Below, piece by piece: positions 55,697-64,000 of a stretch of DNA of 64,000 nt. How positions within the stretch are numbered: position 1 is the first letter of the stretch; the number at the start of each line of letters is the position of its first letter. The stretch is from a phage: assembly GCA_012439925.1 (NCBI GenBank), contig GCA_012439925.1_4519.1; one strand, given 5' to 3'. Below the pieces are notes generated by a model, which was given only the letters and a program-made list of their open reading frames with translations, was not told where the DNA came from and did no database searches. The position numbers and the translations under genes are program-made.

Positions 55697-58600
55697 TTAT
55701 TCAACCCATATAAATTTAACTGTTTTGTTAACCGGGTCTGGAACAATTCTCACATTTCCTAATTGTAAGAAGTCTCGAACAGTAAGGTTTCCAATCACAG
55801 CATTATCGGACGGGATAGCACCGACATCGCTAGGTGAAGGTGGGTTGCCACTATCAAATACCATTGCAAATGAGGTCCAAGCATCTTTATTTTTCTGCCA
55901 GGTACGAGTATAACGAATACTACCACCATTTGCACCTGTAGGATAACAAATCCAATCCTGATAAAGCGAATCTAAGCTATTACCAAATTGAGTCAAAGTA
56001 CCAGGATATTTAATTTCTTGGTCACGGTTACCTTTGTTATCACGCGTCCAGTATCCAGGGAATTGGCTATATACAGCAGAATCGTTAATGTCAATAGACC
56101 AAAAACCTACAGTAGAAGCTGTTGGTTTATCGGTATAAACCGTGGCAGTTTTAACGCCGTTAGAAATAATCCTGTTATTTACAGTTAACCCACCGGTAGT
56201 TATTGTTGCACCACTTGTGATTTGAACACCGTTGTCAAGACGAACTAGGCCTGTGGCATTGTTAATCGTGATCGGGCGTAAGTTATTAAACGTCCCTGTC
56301 TGGTCACCTGAGTTAGTTAATGCAATATAAGAACTGTTACCAGCATTATAAAGCATAACACCATAGTTACCGTTAATAGCTCTGAATGCAATAGGAGAAC
56401 TAGAAACAATTTCGCCTGTAGCACTAATAGGCCCGGTAAAGGTAGAAACACCTGTAACGTTTAATCCATTTGTAGAAACAATGCCTGTTGAATAAAGTGT
56501 TCCATTAATATTAAATGATACTTTATTATCAGAAGCGCGCTGAGAATAGAAATGGTATCCAGTTTCGTCACCCGCTTCAAATACTGTATCACGGGCACCA
56601 TCTGTAGCGCTATTACCCCATGCTCTAACAACGAAATTCTCTTTATTACTAAGAGATTGAGTTCCTTTAGTGAAAACTATTTCGGAACCGCTAGAGTCAT
56701 TAAGAGTTAATCTACGAGTAACAGATGCTTCGGAACCAAAAGAAGCAGTGCTTGTAGATACTAAAGGAGCACTCAGGTTGGTCTGTTTAGTAAGACTTAA
56801 AGAACCATTAACAGTCTGGTCGATGTCTCTACGGATGAACTGAAGAGAATCTAGACCATCTAACAGATTACTATCTACGGCTTTAGCTTTCAATGGCAAA
56901 TAGTTAGCAAGTACACGGTTTAATTCATATGGAGAAATAGCATAACTATTTTTCTCGTAAAGATTCAGGTCCTGGGTACTACCTTGAGTATCGTCACCAA
57001 CGAATGTAATAGAACCAGATGAAGTTTTAACGAATCCACGAATTGCCGTAGTAGCAGCCCATGTTGGTTCATCCTGGACAATCCATTTTAAATTCTTAGG
57101 CGATACAGCAGTATTAGCAGAAGTTCCTGTTACAGTTTCAGCCTGAGTAGCAACCTTAATCACGCCTTCAGACGTTTCAGTGGACTTAGTCCCTAAAAGT
57201 TTTTTAGGAGTAATAAGAACATCATCTAAAGTTCCGGCATTAGATTCTGCCTGAGTCGCTACGCGAAGTGTACCACGTTGTGTTTCATTTGCTTTAGAAA
57301 TATCAAGAGTATAATGGTTCCACAAGGTTCCTTCTTCAATAAGTCCGGAATCAGAATTAACACTGGTACGGTCAGAAGAATCAAAATGAGTTTTAATTTT
57401 CAGTGGAGACGAGATACGAGTATCGTCAGTTCCAGTATCAAATTCAACTTGCGTAGCAATTTCGGCTATGCCGGATAATCCTTCCGTAGCTTTCCTATCA
57501 TTTAACGTCTTAGGCGTTACTGCTCTAGTATAATCAGTTCCAGTGTTAGTTTCTGCTTGCGTAGCAATTTCAATTAAACCAATACGTCCATCAGTAGAAG
57601 TTTTCTTATGTAGTGTTTCAGGGGTCACTACAGCATTAGCCCAACCGGCTTGTGATTCACCAGCGATAACTTCACTTTCAATAGCAAGAATTACTGCGCC
57701 CTGTTGAGTAGGGGTAGCTTTATACTGGTCAAGAGCCTTTGGAGAAATAGTTAAATTATCTACGGCTTTGTTATAAACGTTAGTCCCAGCATTACCACGA
57801 ACAGTAGCCGCTGTAGTACCAGTCGTAGATGTGTATTTTACAATACCAGATAAAACTTCAGAACCTTGACGGGCATCCAATTTCTTAGGAGTAATAATAG
57901 TGGTATCATCTATGCCAGCATTAGTTTCATCCTGAGTTGCAACTTCAGCAACACCTCTACGGGTTTCAGTTGCTGTACGTTCGTTCAATTTCTTAGGAGA
58001 AATAATCAAGTCGTCTTGGAATGCAAAATCGGTATTCTGGTTAACTTGTGCAGTTGTTGCAATACGAGCAATACCACGACGAGTTTCAGTTGCTGTACGA
58101 TTTGCTAATGTTTCCGGAGTAATAGCAAGTTCTTTACCAGGAGCATTTTCTAAATCGACATTTGCTTGCGCTTGAGAAGCAAGAGCAATAACACCTAAAC
58201 GAGCTCGAGTTGTATTGCTCGATGCATCGACTCGTTCGACGGTTACAGTGTTTTGTTGAACTACCCAATATTTTGTTTCAGATGAATAATCTTCTATATA
58301 AGCTAACTCAAGTACAGGTACATACGAAGTATCGCCATTAAATTCCAGCTCACTAACAGAAACCCATTGTGCATCAGGTGGATACTCTGAACGTTTTGGG
58401 AACTGTAATAAAGAAATACTGCTAGCAATTGTATCGCCTTCAGCAGCTTTAATTTTTACAGTTTGCCCTTTACGCATATAATTCAACGATATTTTAACAG
58501 TATCACCAGACAAAATATCTGTAGGCAAAGTAAGATTTACCGTCGAGATTGTATCATTATTAGTTCCAAAAACAAGAACTTCTTCATTAGGGCGTAAATC

Positions 58601-59530
58601 AGTATCATTACGAACTATACGTAAACGAGATTTCTGGTCACCTTCCCAAACACGCCATAAGCTATTAGCAGAATCATAAACAAAGAATGCTTCCGCAGTA
58701 TTACGTCCTTCTGCTACATGAACACCGGCTTCTCGTATAGAAGTTGTATCATCGTAAGTTTTGACAATTGTGTGATATAACGGGTTTAATTTGTCTAAAT
58801 CAACTAAATTAATAATATCACCATTATTAGCATTACGAGGCAATGTAATATTAATAGGAGCGGCTGATGTAAAACGTCGAATGATAAAATCATTAGGTTG
58901 CGCCTGATACGGCTTAGCAGGAGTTACTGTGACTGCATTACGTTCGTAATCAGAAACATACATTTGCCATAGGCGGTTGCTAAAAATGAAGACCATTTTA
59001 GATTTTGGGTGCGTCATTAAAACTGAACGAACCTGTTGTCCTCTAAAGTTTACAATACTTTGAGCCTCTGCAGTAATTTGAACTTTTACATAGCCTACTC
59101 TACCGCCAATATCAGACAAAATAACTGTATCGCCATTTAAAGGATTTTTAGGCAAAGTGAAATTAATATCAGTGCCAGCTGAAGTATCAACCACAATAGA
59201 GTTACCTACTGATAATTGGAAATCTCCGCCTTGAACTGTAATCCATTCTGCATCTGTACGAGTTGCCTTCCATTTAGCCAAAGAGAAAGGGCCTGCCGGA
59301 GCTGGAATATCGCTTAAAGCTTGATAAAAACGATTATCATAAAGAACAATAAAATCTTTTGTATACGCGCGCGTATCGTCATAATTCTGTACGGTGTTTT
59401 CTTGCACCAAAAAGTCAACGTTCACGCCATCGGTGCCAACTGTGCGGTCAGCAAGCGCAACGTTAACTATCTTATCACCGCCTGCGTCAAGACCATCTTC
59501 GGCCCTGAACTTACGTTTGATGTCAACCAT
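55697..59530 (-). CDS. 34: Long tail fiber proximal subunit gp34
   Basis: M.DIKRKFRAEDGLDAGGDKIVNVALADRTVGTDGVNVD matches T4 gp34; 1277 aa. Confidence 0.9.
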   Translation of the reverse strand: MVDIKRKFRAEDGLDAGGDKIVNVALADRTVGTDGVNVDFLVQENTVQNYDDTRAYTKDFIVLYDNRFYQALSDIPAPAGPFSLAKWKATRTDAEWITVQGGDFQLSVGNSIVVDTSAGTDINFTLPKNPLNGDTVILSDIGGRVGYVKVQITAEAQSIVNFRGQQVRSVLMTHPKSKMVFIFSNRLWQMYVSDYERNAVTVTPAKPYQAQPNDFIIRRFTSAAPINITLPRNANNGDIINLVDLDKLNPLYHTIVKTYDDTTSIREAGVHVAEGRNTAEAFFVYDSANSLWRVWEGDQKSRLRIVRNDTDLRPNEEVLVFGTNNDTISTVNLTLPTDILSGDTVKISLNYMRKGQTVKIKAAEGDTIASSISLLQFPKRSEYPPDAQWVSVSELEFNGDTSYVPVLELAYIEDYSSETKYWVVQQNTVTVERVDASSNTTRARLGVIALASQAQANVDLENAPGKELAITPETLANRTATETRRGIARIATTAQVNQNTDFAFQDDLIISPKKLNERTATETRRGVAEVATQDETNAGIDDTTIITPKKLDARQGSEVLSGIVKYTSTTGTTAATVRGNAGTNVYNKAVDNLTISPKALDQYKATPTQQGAVILAIESEVIAGESQAGWANAVVTPETLHKKTSTDGRIGLIEIATQAETNTGTDYTRAVTPKTLNDRKATEGLSGIAEIATQVEFDTGTDDTRISSPLKIKTHFDSSDRTSVNSDSGLIEEGTLWNHYTLDISKANETQRGTLRVATQAESNAGTLDDVLITPKKLLGTKSTETSEGVIKVATQAETVTGTSANTAVSPKNLKWIVQDEPTWAATTAIRGFVKTSSGSITFVGDDTQGSTQDLNLYEKNSYAISPYELNRVLANYLPLKAKAVDSNLLDGLDSLQFIRRDIDQTVNGSLSLTKQTNLSAPLVSTSTASFGSEASVTRRLTLNDSSGSEIVFTKGTQSLSNKENFVVRAWGNSATDGARDTVFEAGDETGYHFYSQRASDNKVSFNINGTLYSTGIVSTNGLNVTGVSTFTGPISATGEIVSSSPIAFRAINGNYGVMLYNAGNSSYIALTNSGDQTGTFNNLRPITINNATGLVRLDNGVQITSGATITTGGLTVNNRIISNGVKTATVYTDKPTASTVGFWSIDINDSAVYSQFPGYWTRDNKGNRDQEIKYPGTLTQFGNSLDSLYQDWICYPTGANGGSIRYTRTWQKNKDAWTSFAMVFDSGNPPSPSDVGAIPSDNAVIGNLTVRDFLQLGNVRIVPDPVNKTVKFIWVE
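57230..58200 (-). repeat. Internal tandem repeat motifs within gp34
   Basis: Recurring peptide T-E-T-R-R-G-x-A-x-(I/V)-A-T-Q and repeated DNA ACGGGTTTCAGTTGCTGTACG. Confidence 0.4.
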
Positions 59531-59564
59531 GGTAGTCCTCTTATCATTATGTGTTCTATTTTAC

Positions 59565-59572
59565 TATTTATA
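59565..59572 (-). promoter_or_regulatory. Late promoter TATAAATA (gene 34)
   Basis: Exact consensus on the - strand about 35 nt upstream of the gene 34 ATG. Confidence 0.6.
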
Positions 59573-59587
59573 AATGAGTAAAAGACT

Positions 59588-59625
59588 ATTTACGCTTTCG
59601 AACTAGTATGTTACTATAGTCCAAG
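59588..59625 (+). promoter_or_regulatory. Early promoter upstream of rnh
   Basis: TTTACG, 17 nt, TACTAT, then AGTCCAAG. Confidence 0.4.
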
Positions 59626-59650
59626 TTGACTAACTGAACAAGAGGTTCAT

Positions 59651-60568
59651 ATGGATTTAGAAATGATGTTGAATGAAGATTACAAAGAAGGTATTGCACT
59701 TGCCGACTTTAGTAACATTGCATTGGCAGCTGCATTAAACAACTTTGAAGACGGTGATAAAATTACTGTTCCGATGGTTCGCCATGTAGTCTTGAATTCA
59801 ATTCGTAAAAACGTAGTGATGTTCCGTAAGCAAGGTTATACAAAATTTGTATTGTGCATGGATAACGCTACTTCTGGATATTGGCGTCGTGACTTTGCTT
59901 ACTATTATAAGAAAAATCGTAAAACCGATCGTGAAGCTTCAAAGTGGGATTGGGAAGGATATTTTACTGCACTTCATCAAGTTGTTGATGAGATTAAGAA
60001 ATATATGCCATACGTTGTAATGGATATTGACAAATACGAAGCGGATGACCATATCGGTGTATTAACTAAATATTTGTCATTAGCTGGTCATAAGGTATGT
60101 ATTGTTGCATCAGATGGTGACTTTACACAATTACACAAATATCCTAACGTTAAACAGTGGTCGCCACCACAGAAAAAATGGGTTAAAATTAAGAATGGTT
60201 CTGCTGAAATTGATTGCATGACTAAAATTCTTAAAGGCGACCGTAAGGATGGTGTTGCATCTGTTCGAGTTCGTGGTGACTTCTGGTTTACTCGAGTTGA
60301 AGGTGAACGAACTCCAAGCATGAAAACATCAATTATTGAAGCAATTGCTAACGACCGTTCTCAAGCTGAAGTATTATTAAGTGCAGAAGAATATAAACGG
60401 TATCAAGAAAATTTGGTTCTCATTGATTTTGATTATATCCCTGATAATATTGCTTCAACCATTATAGAGTATTATAACTCGTATAAACAACAACCTAAAG
60501 GCAAGATTTATTCATACTTTGTAAAATCTGGTCTTTCTAAATTAACAAGTGTAATTAATGAATTCTGA
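59651..60568 (+). CDS. rnh: RNase H (5'-3' exonuclease, FEN family)
   Basis: 305 aa; matches remembered T4 RNase H. Confidence 0.85.
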   Translation: MDLEMMLNEDYKEGIALADFSNIALAAALNNFEDGDKITVPMVRHVVLNSIRKNVVMFRKQGYTKFVLCMDNATSGYWRRDFAYYYKKNRKTDREASKWDWEGYFTALHQVVDEIKKYMPYVVMDIDKYEADDHIGVLTKYLSLAGHKVCIVASDGDFTQLHKYPNVKQWSPPQKKWVKIKNGSAEIDCMTKILKGDRKDGVASVRVRGDFWFTRVEGERTPSMKTSIIEAIANDRSQAEVLLSAEEYKRYQENLVLIDFDYIPDNIASTIIEYYNSYKQQPKGKIYSYFVKSGLSKLTSVINEF

Positions 60569-60575
60569 GGTAAAC

Positions 60576-60845
60576 ATGGCTAAGAAAGAAGCAGTTGAAT
60601 TTAATCAAGATGTGCATGGTGAAGAACTGGCTAAACTAGTCAAGGAAGCTTCCGATAACAAACTTAAAATTTCTGGTTATAATGAACTGATTAAAGACAT
60701 TCGTACTCGTGCTAAAGAAGAGCTTGGTGTCGATGGAAAAATGTTTAATCGTTTGTTAGCTCTTTATCATAAAGATGCTCGTGACCAATTTGAAGCTGAA
60801 AACGAAGAGGTAGTCGAGCTTTATGACACAGTTTTCACTAAGTGA
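60576..60845 (+). CDS. dsbA: dsDNA-binding protein DsbA
   Basis: MAKKEAVEF ... KLKISGYNELIKDIR matches remembered T4 DsbA; start at the ATG with GAGG SD. Confidence 0.7.
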   Translation: MAKKEAVEFNQDVHGEELAKLVKEASDNKLKISGYNELIKDIRTRAKEELGVDGKMFNRLLALYHKDARDQFEAENEEVVELYDTVFTK

Positions 60846-61161
60846 TATTAAACCGGTTGATGAGGCCGGTTTATCTGAACAAGAATTAGCAGTAAAACAT
60901 GATAAAGATGATATCGCTAAATTGCTTGACCGCCAAGAAAACGGATTCATTATCGAATCTATGGTTGAACAATTTGGTATGTCTTATTTAGAAGCAACAA
61001 CTGCTTTCTTAGAAGAAAATTCTATTCCAGAAACACAATTTGCTAAATTTATTCCTACAGGAATTGTTGAAAAAATTACAAGCGAAGCAATTGACGAAAA
61101 CATGCTTCGCCCGTCAGTTGCTCGTGGTGAAAAAACTAATACGTTAGATTTCTTATTATGA
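60823..61161 (+). CDS. 33: Late transcription co-activator gp33
   Basis: 112 aa; synteny dsbA-33-59-32. Confidence 0.75.
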   Translation: MTQFSLSDIKPVDEAGLSEQELAVKHDKDDIAKLLDRQENGFIIESMVEQFGMSYLEATTAFLEENSIPETQFAKFIPTGIVEKITSEAIDENMLRPSVARGEKTNTLDFLL

Positions 61162-61811
61162 TTAAAATACGCATGCCTCCTGATGGAGAACGTTATATTA
61201 ACGGAAAATCGGTATACAAACTATACTTGATGTGCAAAAACCATTTTGGTGGTCGGTATGACGTAATCAAATATAACTGGTGCATGCGTGTTTCGGATAA
61301 TGCGTATCAAAAACGTCGAGATAAATATTTCTTTGAAAAACTAGCAGAGAAATATAAGTTAAAGGAACTCACTTTGATATTCATCAGTAACTTAGTTGCT
61401 AACCAAGATGCATGGATTGGTGAGATATCAGACGCTGATGCATTAGTTTTCTATAGGGAATATATTGGACGTCTCAAACAAGCCAAGGAGACGTTTGCTG
61501 AAGATGTACGTAACATCTACTATTTCAGTAAGAAAGTGGAAGTTAGTGCGCTTCAAGAGATATTTGATTATAATAATAAAGTTCAGTCGAGCTACATATT
61601 TAAATTGCTACAAAGCAATATAATTTCGTTTGAAACCTTCTTGTTGTTGGATTCATTCTTGAATATTATAGATAAGCACGACGAACTCACCGACAATTTA
61701 GTCTGGCAAAATTATTCTACCAAATTAAAGGCATATCGAAAAATACTTCAAATCGATGGAAATGCTGCTAAGAAATTGTTCATAGAAACAATCAAATCAT
61801 GTAAGTATTAA
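61158..61811 (+). CDS. 59: Helicase loader gp59
   Basis: 217 aa; synteny, ATGA overlap. Confidence 0.8.
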   Translation: MIKIRMPPDGERYINGKSVYKLYLMCKNHFGGRYDVIKYNWCMRVSDNAYQKRRDKYFFEKLAEKYKLKELTLIFISNLVANQDAWIGEISDADALVFYREYIGRLKQAKETFAEDVRNIYYFSKKVEVSALQEIFDYNNKVQSSYIFKLLQSNIISFETFLLLDSFLNIIDKHDELTDNLVWQNYSTKLKAYRKILQIDGNAAKKLFIETIKSCKY

Positions 61812-61840
61812 GCTTTATTTCTTGTGTGTTAAAATTACTT

Positions 61841-61848
61841 TATAAATA
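61841..61848 (+). promoter_or_regulatory. Late promoter TATAAATA upstream of gene 32
   Basis: Exact consensus. Confidence 0.5.
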
Positions 61849-61858
61849 AATCATACCA

Positions 61859-61927
61859 GCTACGAGGTATAAGTGTCGTAGCAACCAACTGTAAATAAAT
61901 TAAATAATCTAAATAAAGGTAAATATA
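61859..61927 (+). promoter_or_regulatory. Gene 32 autoregulatory translational operator (hairpin + A/U-rich tract)
   Basis: Hairpin GCTACGA-(10 nt)-TCGTAGC followed by TAAATAAATTAAATAATCTAAATAAAGG up to the ATG; consistent with the gp32 operator in T4. Confidence 0.5.
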
Positions 61928-62827
61928 ATGTTTAAACGTAAATCTACTGCTGACCTCGCTGCTCAAATGGCTAAACTGAATGGTAACAAAGGTTTCTCTT
62001 CAGAAGATAAAGGCGAATGGAAGCTGAAGCTAGATGCATCAGGTAATGGTCAAGCGGTAATTCGTTTCTTGCCAGCAAAAACTGATGATGCACTACCATT
62101 TGCAATTCTTGTTAACCACGGTTTCAAGAAAAATGGTAAATGGTATATTGAAAATTGCTCTTCTACACATGGTGATTACGACTCTTGTCCTGTATGTCAG
62201 TACATTAGTAAAAATGACCTGTACAATACCAACAAAACTGAATATTCTCAACTGAAACGTAAAACTTCTTATTGGGCTAATATTCTGGTTGTTAAAGACC
62301 CTCAAGCTCCAGATAATGAAGGTAAAGTATTTAAATATCGTTTCGGTAAAAAGATTTGGGACAAAATCAATGCAATGATTGCAGTTGATACCGAAATGGG
62401 TGAAACTCCAGTTGATGTTACTTGTCCGTTTGAAGGTGCTAACTTCGTTCTGAAAGCTAAGCAGGTTTCCGGTTTTAGCAACTATGACGAATCTAAATTC
62501 TTGGGTCAATCTGAAATTCCTCGTATTAATGACGAAGCATTCCAGAAAGAACTATACGACCAGATGGTAGACCTTACTACTTTGACGGCTAAAGACCAGT
62601 TCAAATCCTTTGAAAAATTAAATGAATCTTTCGCTAAGGTTCTTGGTACTGCCGCTCTTGGCGGTGCAGCAGCTGCCGCAGCTTCTGTCGCAGATAAAGT
62701 TGCTTCCGACCTTGACGATTTTGATAAAGACATGGAAGCCTTTAGTTCTGCAAAAACTGAAGATGACTTCATGAGTTCCTCGTCTTCTGACGATGGCGAC
62801 CTCGATGACCTGTTAGCTGGTCTATAA
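61928..62827 (+). CDS. 32: ssDNA-binding protein gp32
   Basis: [36 protein letters not shown] ... zinc site H/CxxC ([16 protein letters not shown]); acidic C-terminus. Confidence 0.9.
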   Translation: MFKRKSTADLAAQMAKLNGNKGFSSEDKGEWKLKLDASGNGQAVIRFLPAKTDDALPFAILVNHGFKKNGKWYIENCSSTHGDYDSCPVCQYISKNDLYNTNKTEYSQLKRKTSYWANILVVKDPQAPDNEGKVFKYRFGKKIWDKINAMIAVDTEMGETPVDVTCPFEGANFVLKAKQVSGFSNYDESKFLGQSEIPRINDEAFQKELYDQMVDLTTLTAKDQFKSFEKLNESFAKVLGTAALGGAAAAAASVADKVASDLDDFDKDMEAFSSAKTEDDFMSSSSSDDGDLDDLLAGL

Positions 62828-62833
62828 TAAATT

Positions 62834-62855
62834 GGGAGACTTCGGTCTCCCTTTT
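62834..62855 (+). terminator. Terminator GGGAGAC-TTCG-GTCTCCC + T4
   Basis: Perfect hairpin followed by TTTT. Confidence 0.7.
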
Positions 62856-62872
62856 GAGTATCTGTAAATTGC

Positions 62873-62912
62873 CGAAAAAAGTTGTTTACTTCTTCCCTGG
62901 ATGTGTTAGTAT
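62873..62912 (+). promoter_or_regulatory. Early promoter cassette
   Basis: GTTTACT ... TAGTATAGACTTATCAA. Confidence 0.5.
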
Positions 62913-62941
62913 AGACTTATCAACAACATGAGGAAATCAAA

Positions 62942-63334
62942 ATGGAAATCGGAAAATCTTATATCATTAACCCTTTATTTAAAGATGACTTTGTTCAAGA
63001 AGCACCACACAATAATGCTAAGATGTTAAAATTGATTGAACTCCACGGGCCTAGTTTTGTTGTAAACGGAATGGAACCTGATTATGATAGCGATACGTCA
63101 AACGTAGTAAGTGTAACTATGGAAGATGGTACGGTATGTTCTGCCGGTGGTGAAATTGAAACTTATTTTGAGATTTATCCTGACGAGTTCAAATACTTTA
63201 CTGAGGTAGATTTAGTAAAGCCTCAACCTACTAACGAAGGTATAACTTTAGGTGTAACAAAAATCCATTGTATCGTAGATGAAACCAACGTCGACGAAAT
63301 CATCAAACTTTTGCAAAAAACTTTTAAAAAGTAG
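62942..63334 (+). CDS. Hypothetical protein
   Basis: ATG with GAGGAAA SD; 130 aa. Confidence 0.5.
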   Translation: MEIGKSYIINPLFKDDFVQEAPHNNAKMLKLIELHGPSFVVNGMEPDYDSDTSNVVSVTMEDGTVCSAGGEIETYFEIYPDEFKYFTEVDLVKPQPTNEGITLGVTKIHCIVDETNVDEIIKLLQKTFKK

Positions 63335-63375
63335 TTTATAACAAGATAGGGCTATGTTATAGTAGTCCTATCAAA
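63334..63375 (+). promoter_or_regulatory. Early promoter cassette (PeSL-like)
   Basis: GTTTATA, 17 nt, TGtTATAGT; inverted repeat GATAGGGCT/AGTCCTATC with one mismatch. Confidence 0.5.
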
Positions 63376-63398
63376 TCAAAAGTGAAATGGAGAATAAA

Positions 63399-63641
63399 AT
63401 GAGATTGCAACGTCAGAGCATCAAAGATTCGGAAGTTAGAGGTAAATGGTACTTCAACATCGTTGGTAAAGATGCTGAACTCCTTGAACAAGCTGAAGAA
63501 GCTTTACGTGAAATGGGTTGGAACGAAGAATGTGATGGATGTCCACTCTACGAAGATGGTATATCATCCGGATTCTGGATTTATCACTCGGATGTCGACC
63601 AATTTAAAGCTGATTGGAAAATTGTGAAAAAGTCTGTTTGA
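63399..63641 (+). CDS. Hypothetical protein
   Basis: ATG with GGAG SD (the alternative ATG at 63387 lacks an SD). Confidence 0.45.
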   Translation: MRLQRQSIKDSEVRGKWYFNIVGKDAELLEQAEEALREMGWNEECDGCPLYEDGISSGFWIYHSDVDQFKADWKIVKKSV

Positions 63642-63650
63642 GGAAATACA

Positions 63651-64000
<350 letters not shown>

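Noticed and set aside
20504-62855. Repeated GGAGACTTCGGTCTCC and related hairpins as a possible CRISPR-like or mobile repeat array
   Set aside because: The copies are dispersed at 3' ends of genes on both strands, are followed by T-tracts and are not regularly spaced; they are transcription terminators or RNA-stability hairpins.

Overview
This window reads as a contiguous segment of a T4-like (Tequatrovirus) phage genome. The 903-aa DNA polymerase (8138..10849) is one I recognise from memory as the RB69 polymerase, so the phage is RB69 or a very close relative; I could not run a search to confirm. Gene order on the + strand follows the T4 early/middle map: 55 (5' truncated), 47, 46, rpbA-like, 45, 44, 62, regA, 43, 42, uvsX, 40, 41, 61, 56, soc, modA/modB-like, dda, dexA, 39 (39+60 fused), rIIA.1, rIIA, rIIB, ndd, 52, motA, asiA. 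The late block t, 38, 37, 36, 35, 34 lies on the - strand, followed on + by rnh, dsbA, 33, 59, 32 and the start of frd. The most interesting content is a candidate DNA sugar-hypermodification system in place of the T4 glucosyltransferases. No alpha-gt or beta-gt gene is present. Instead, a translationally coupled cluster between genes 43 and 42 encodes a SIS-domain sugar-phosphate isomerase, a fused nucleotidyltransferase/sugar kinase, a HAD-like phosphatase and a U32-family protein, and a GT-B-type glycosyltransferase sits between gene 39 and rIIA. Together with dCMP hydroxymethylase (42) and dCTPase (56) this fits an arabinosyl-hydroxymethylcytosine pathway, which to my recollection has been reported for RB69; the U32-family member and the two genes at the beta-gt locus (a 299-aa unknown and a thymidylate-kinase-like protein) have no role I can assign. 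The window also carries about 21 copies of an early-promoter cassette, often overlaid on an inverted repeat (PeSL-like), plus MotA-box middle promoters, TATAAATA late promoters and UUCG-tetraloop terminators. No tRNA, CRISPR array, intron or homing endonuclease was seen. All functional calls rest on motifs and remembered homology, not on database searches.
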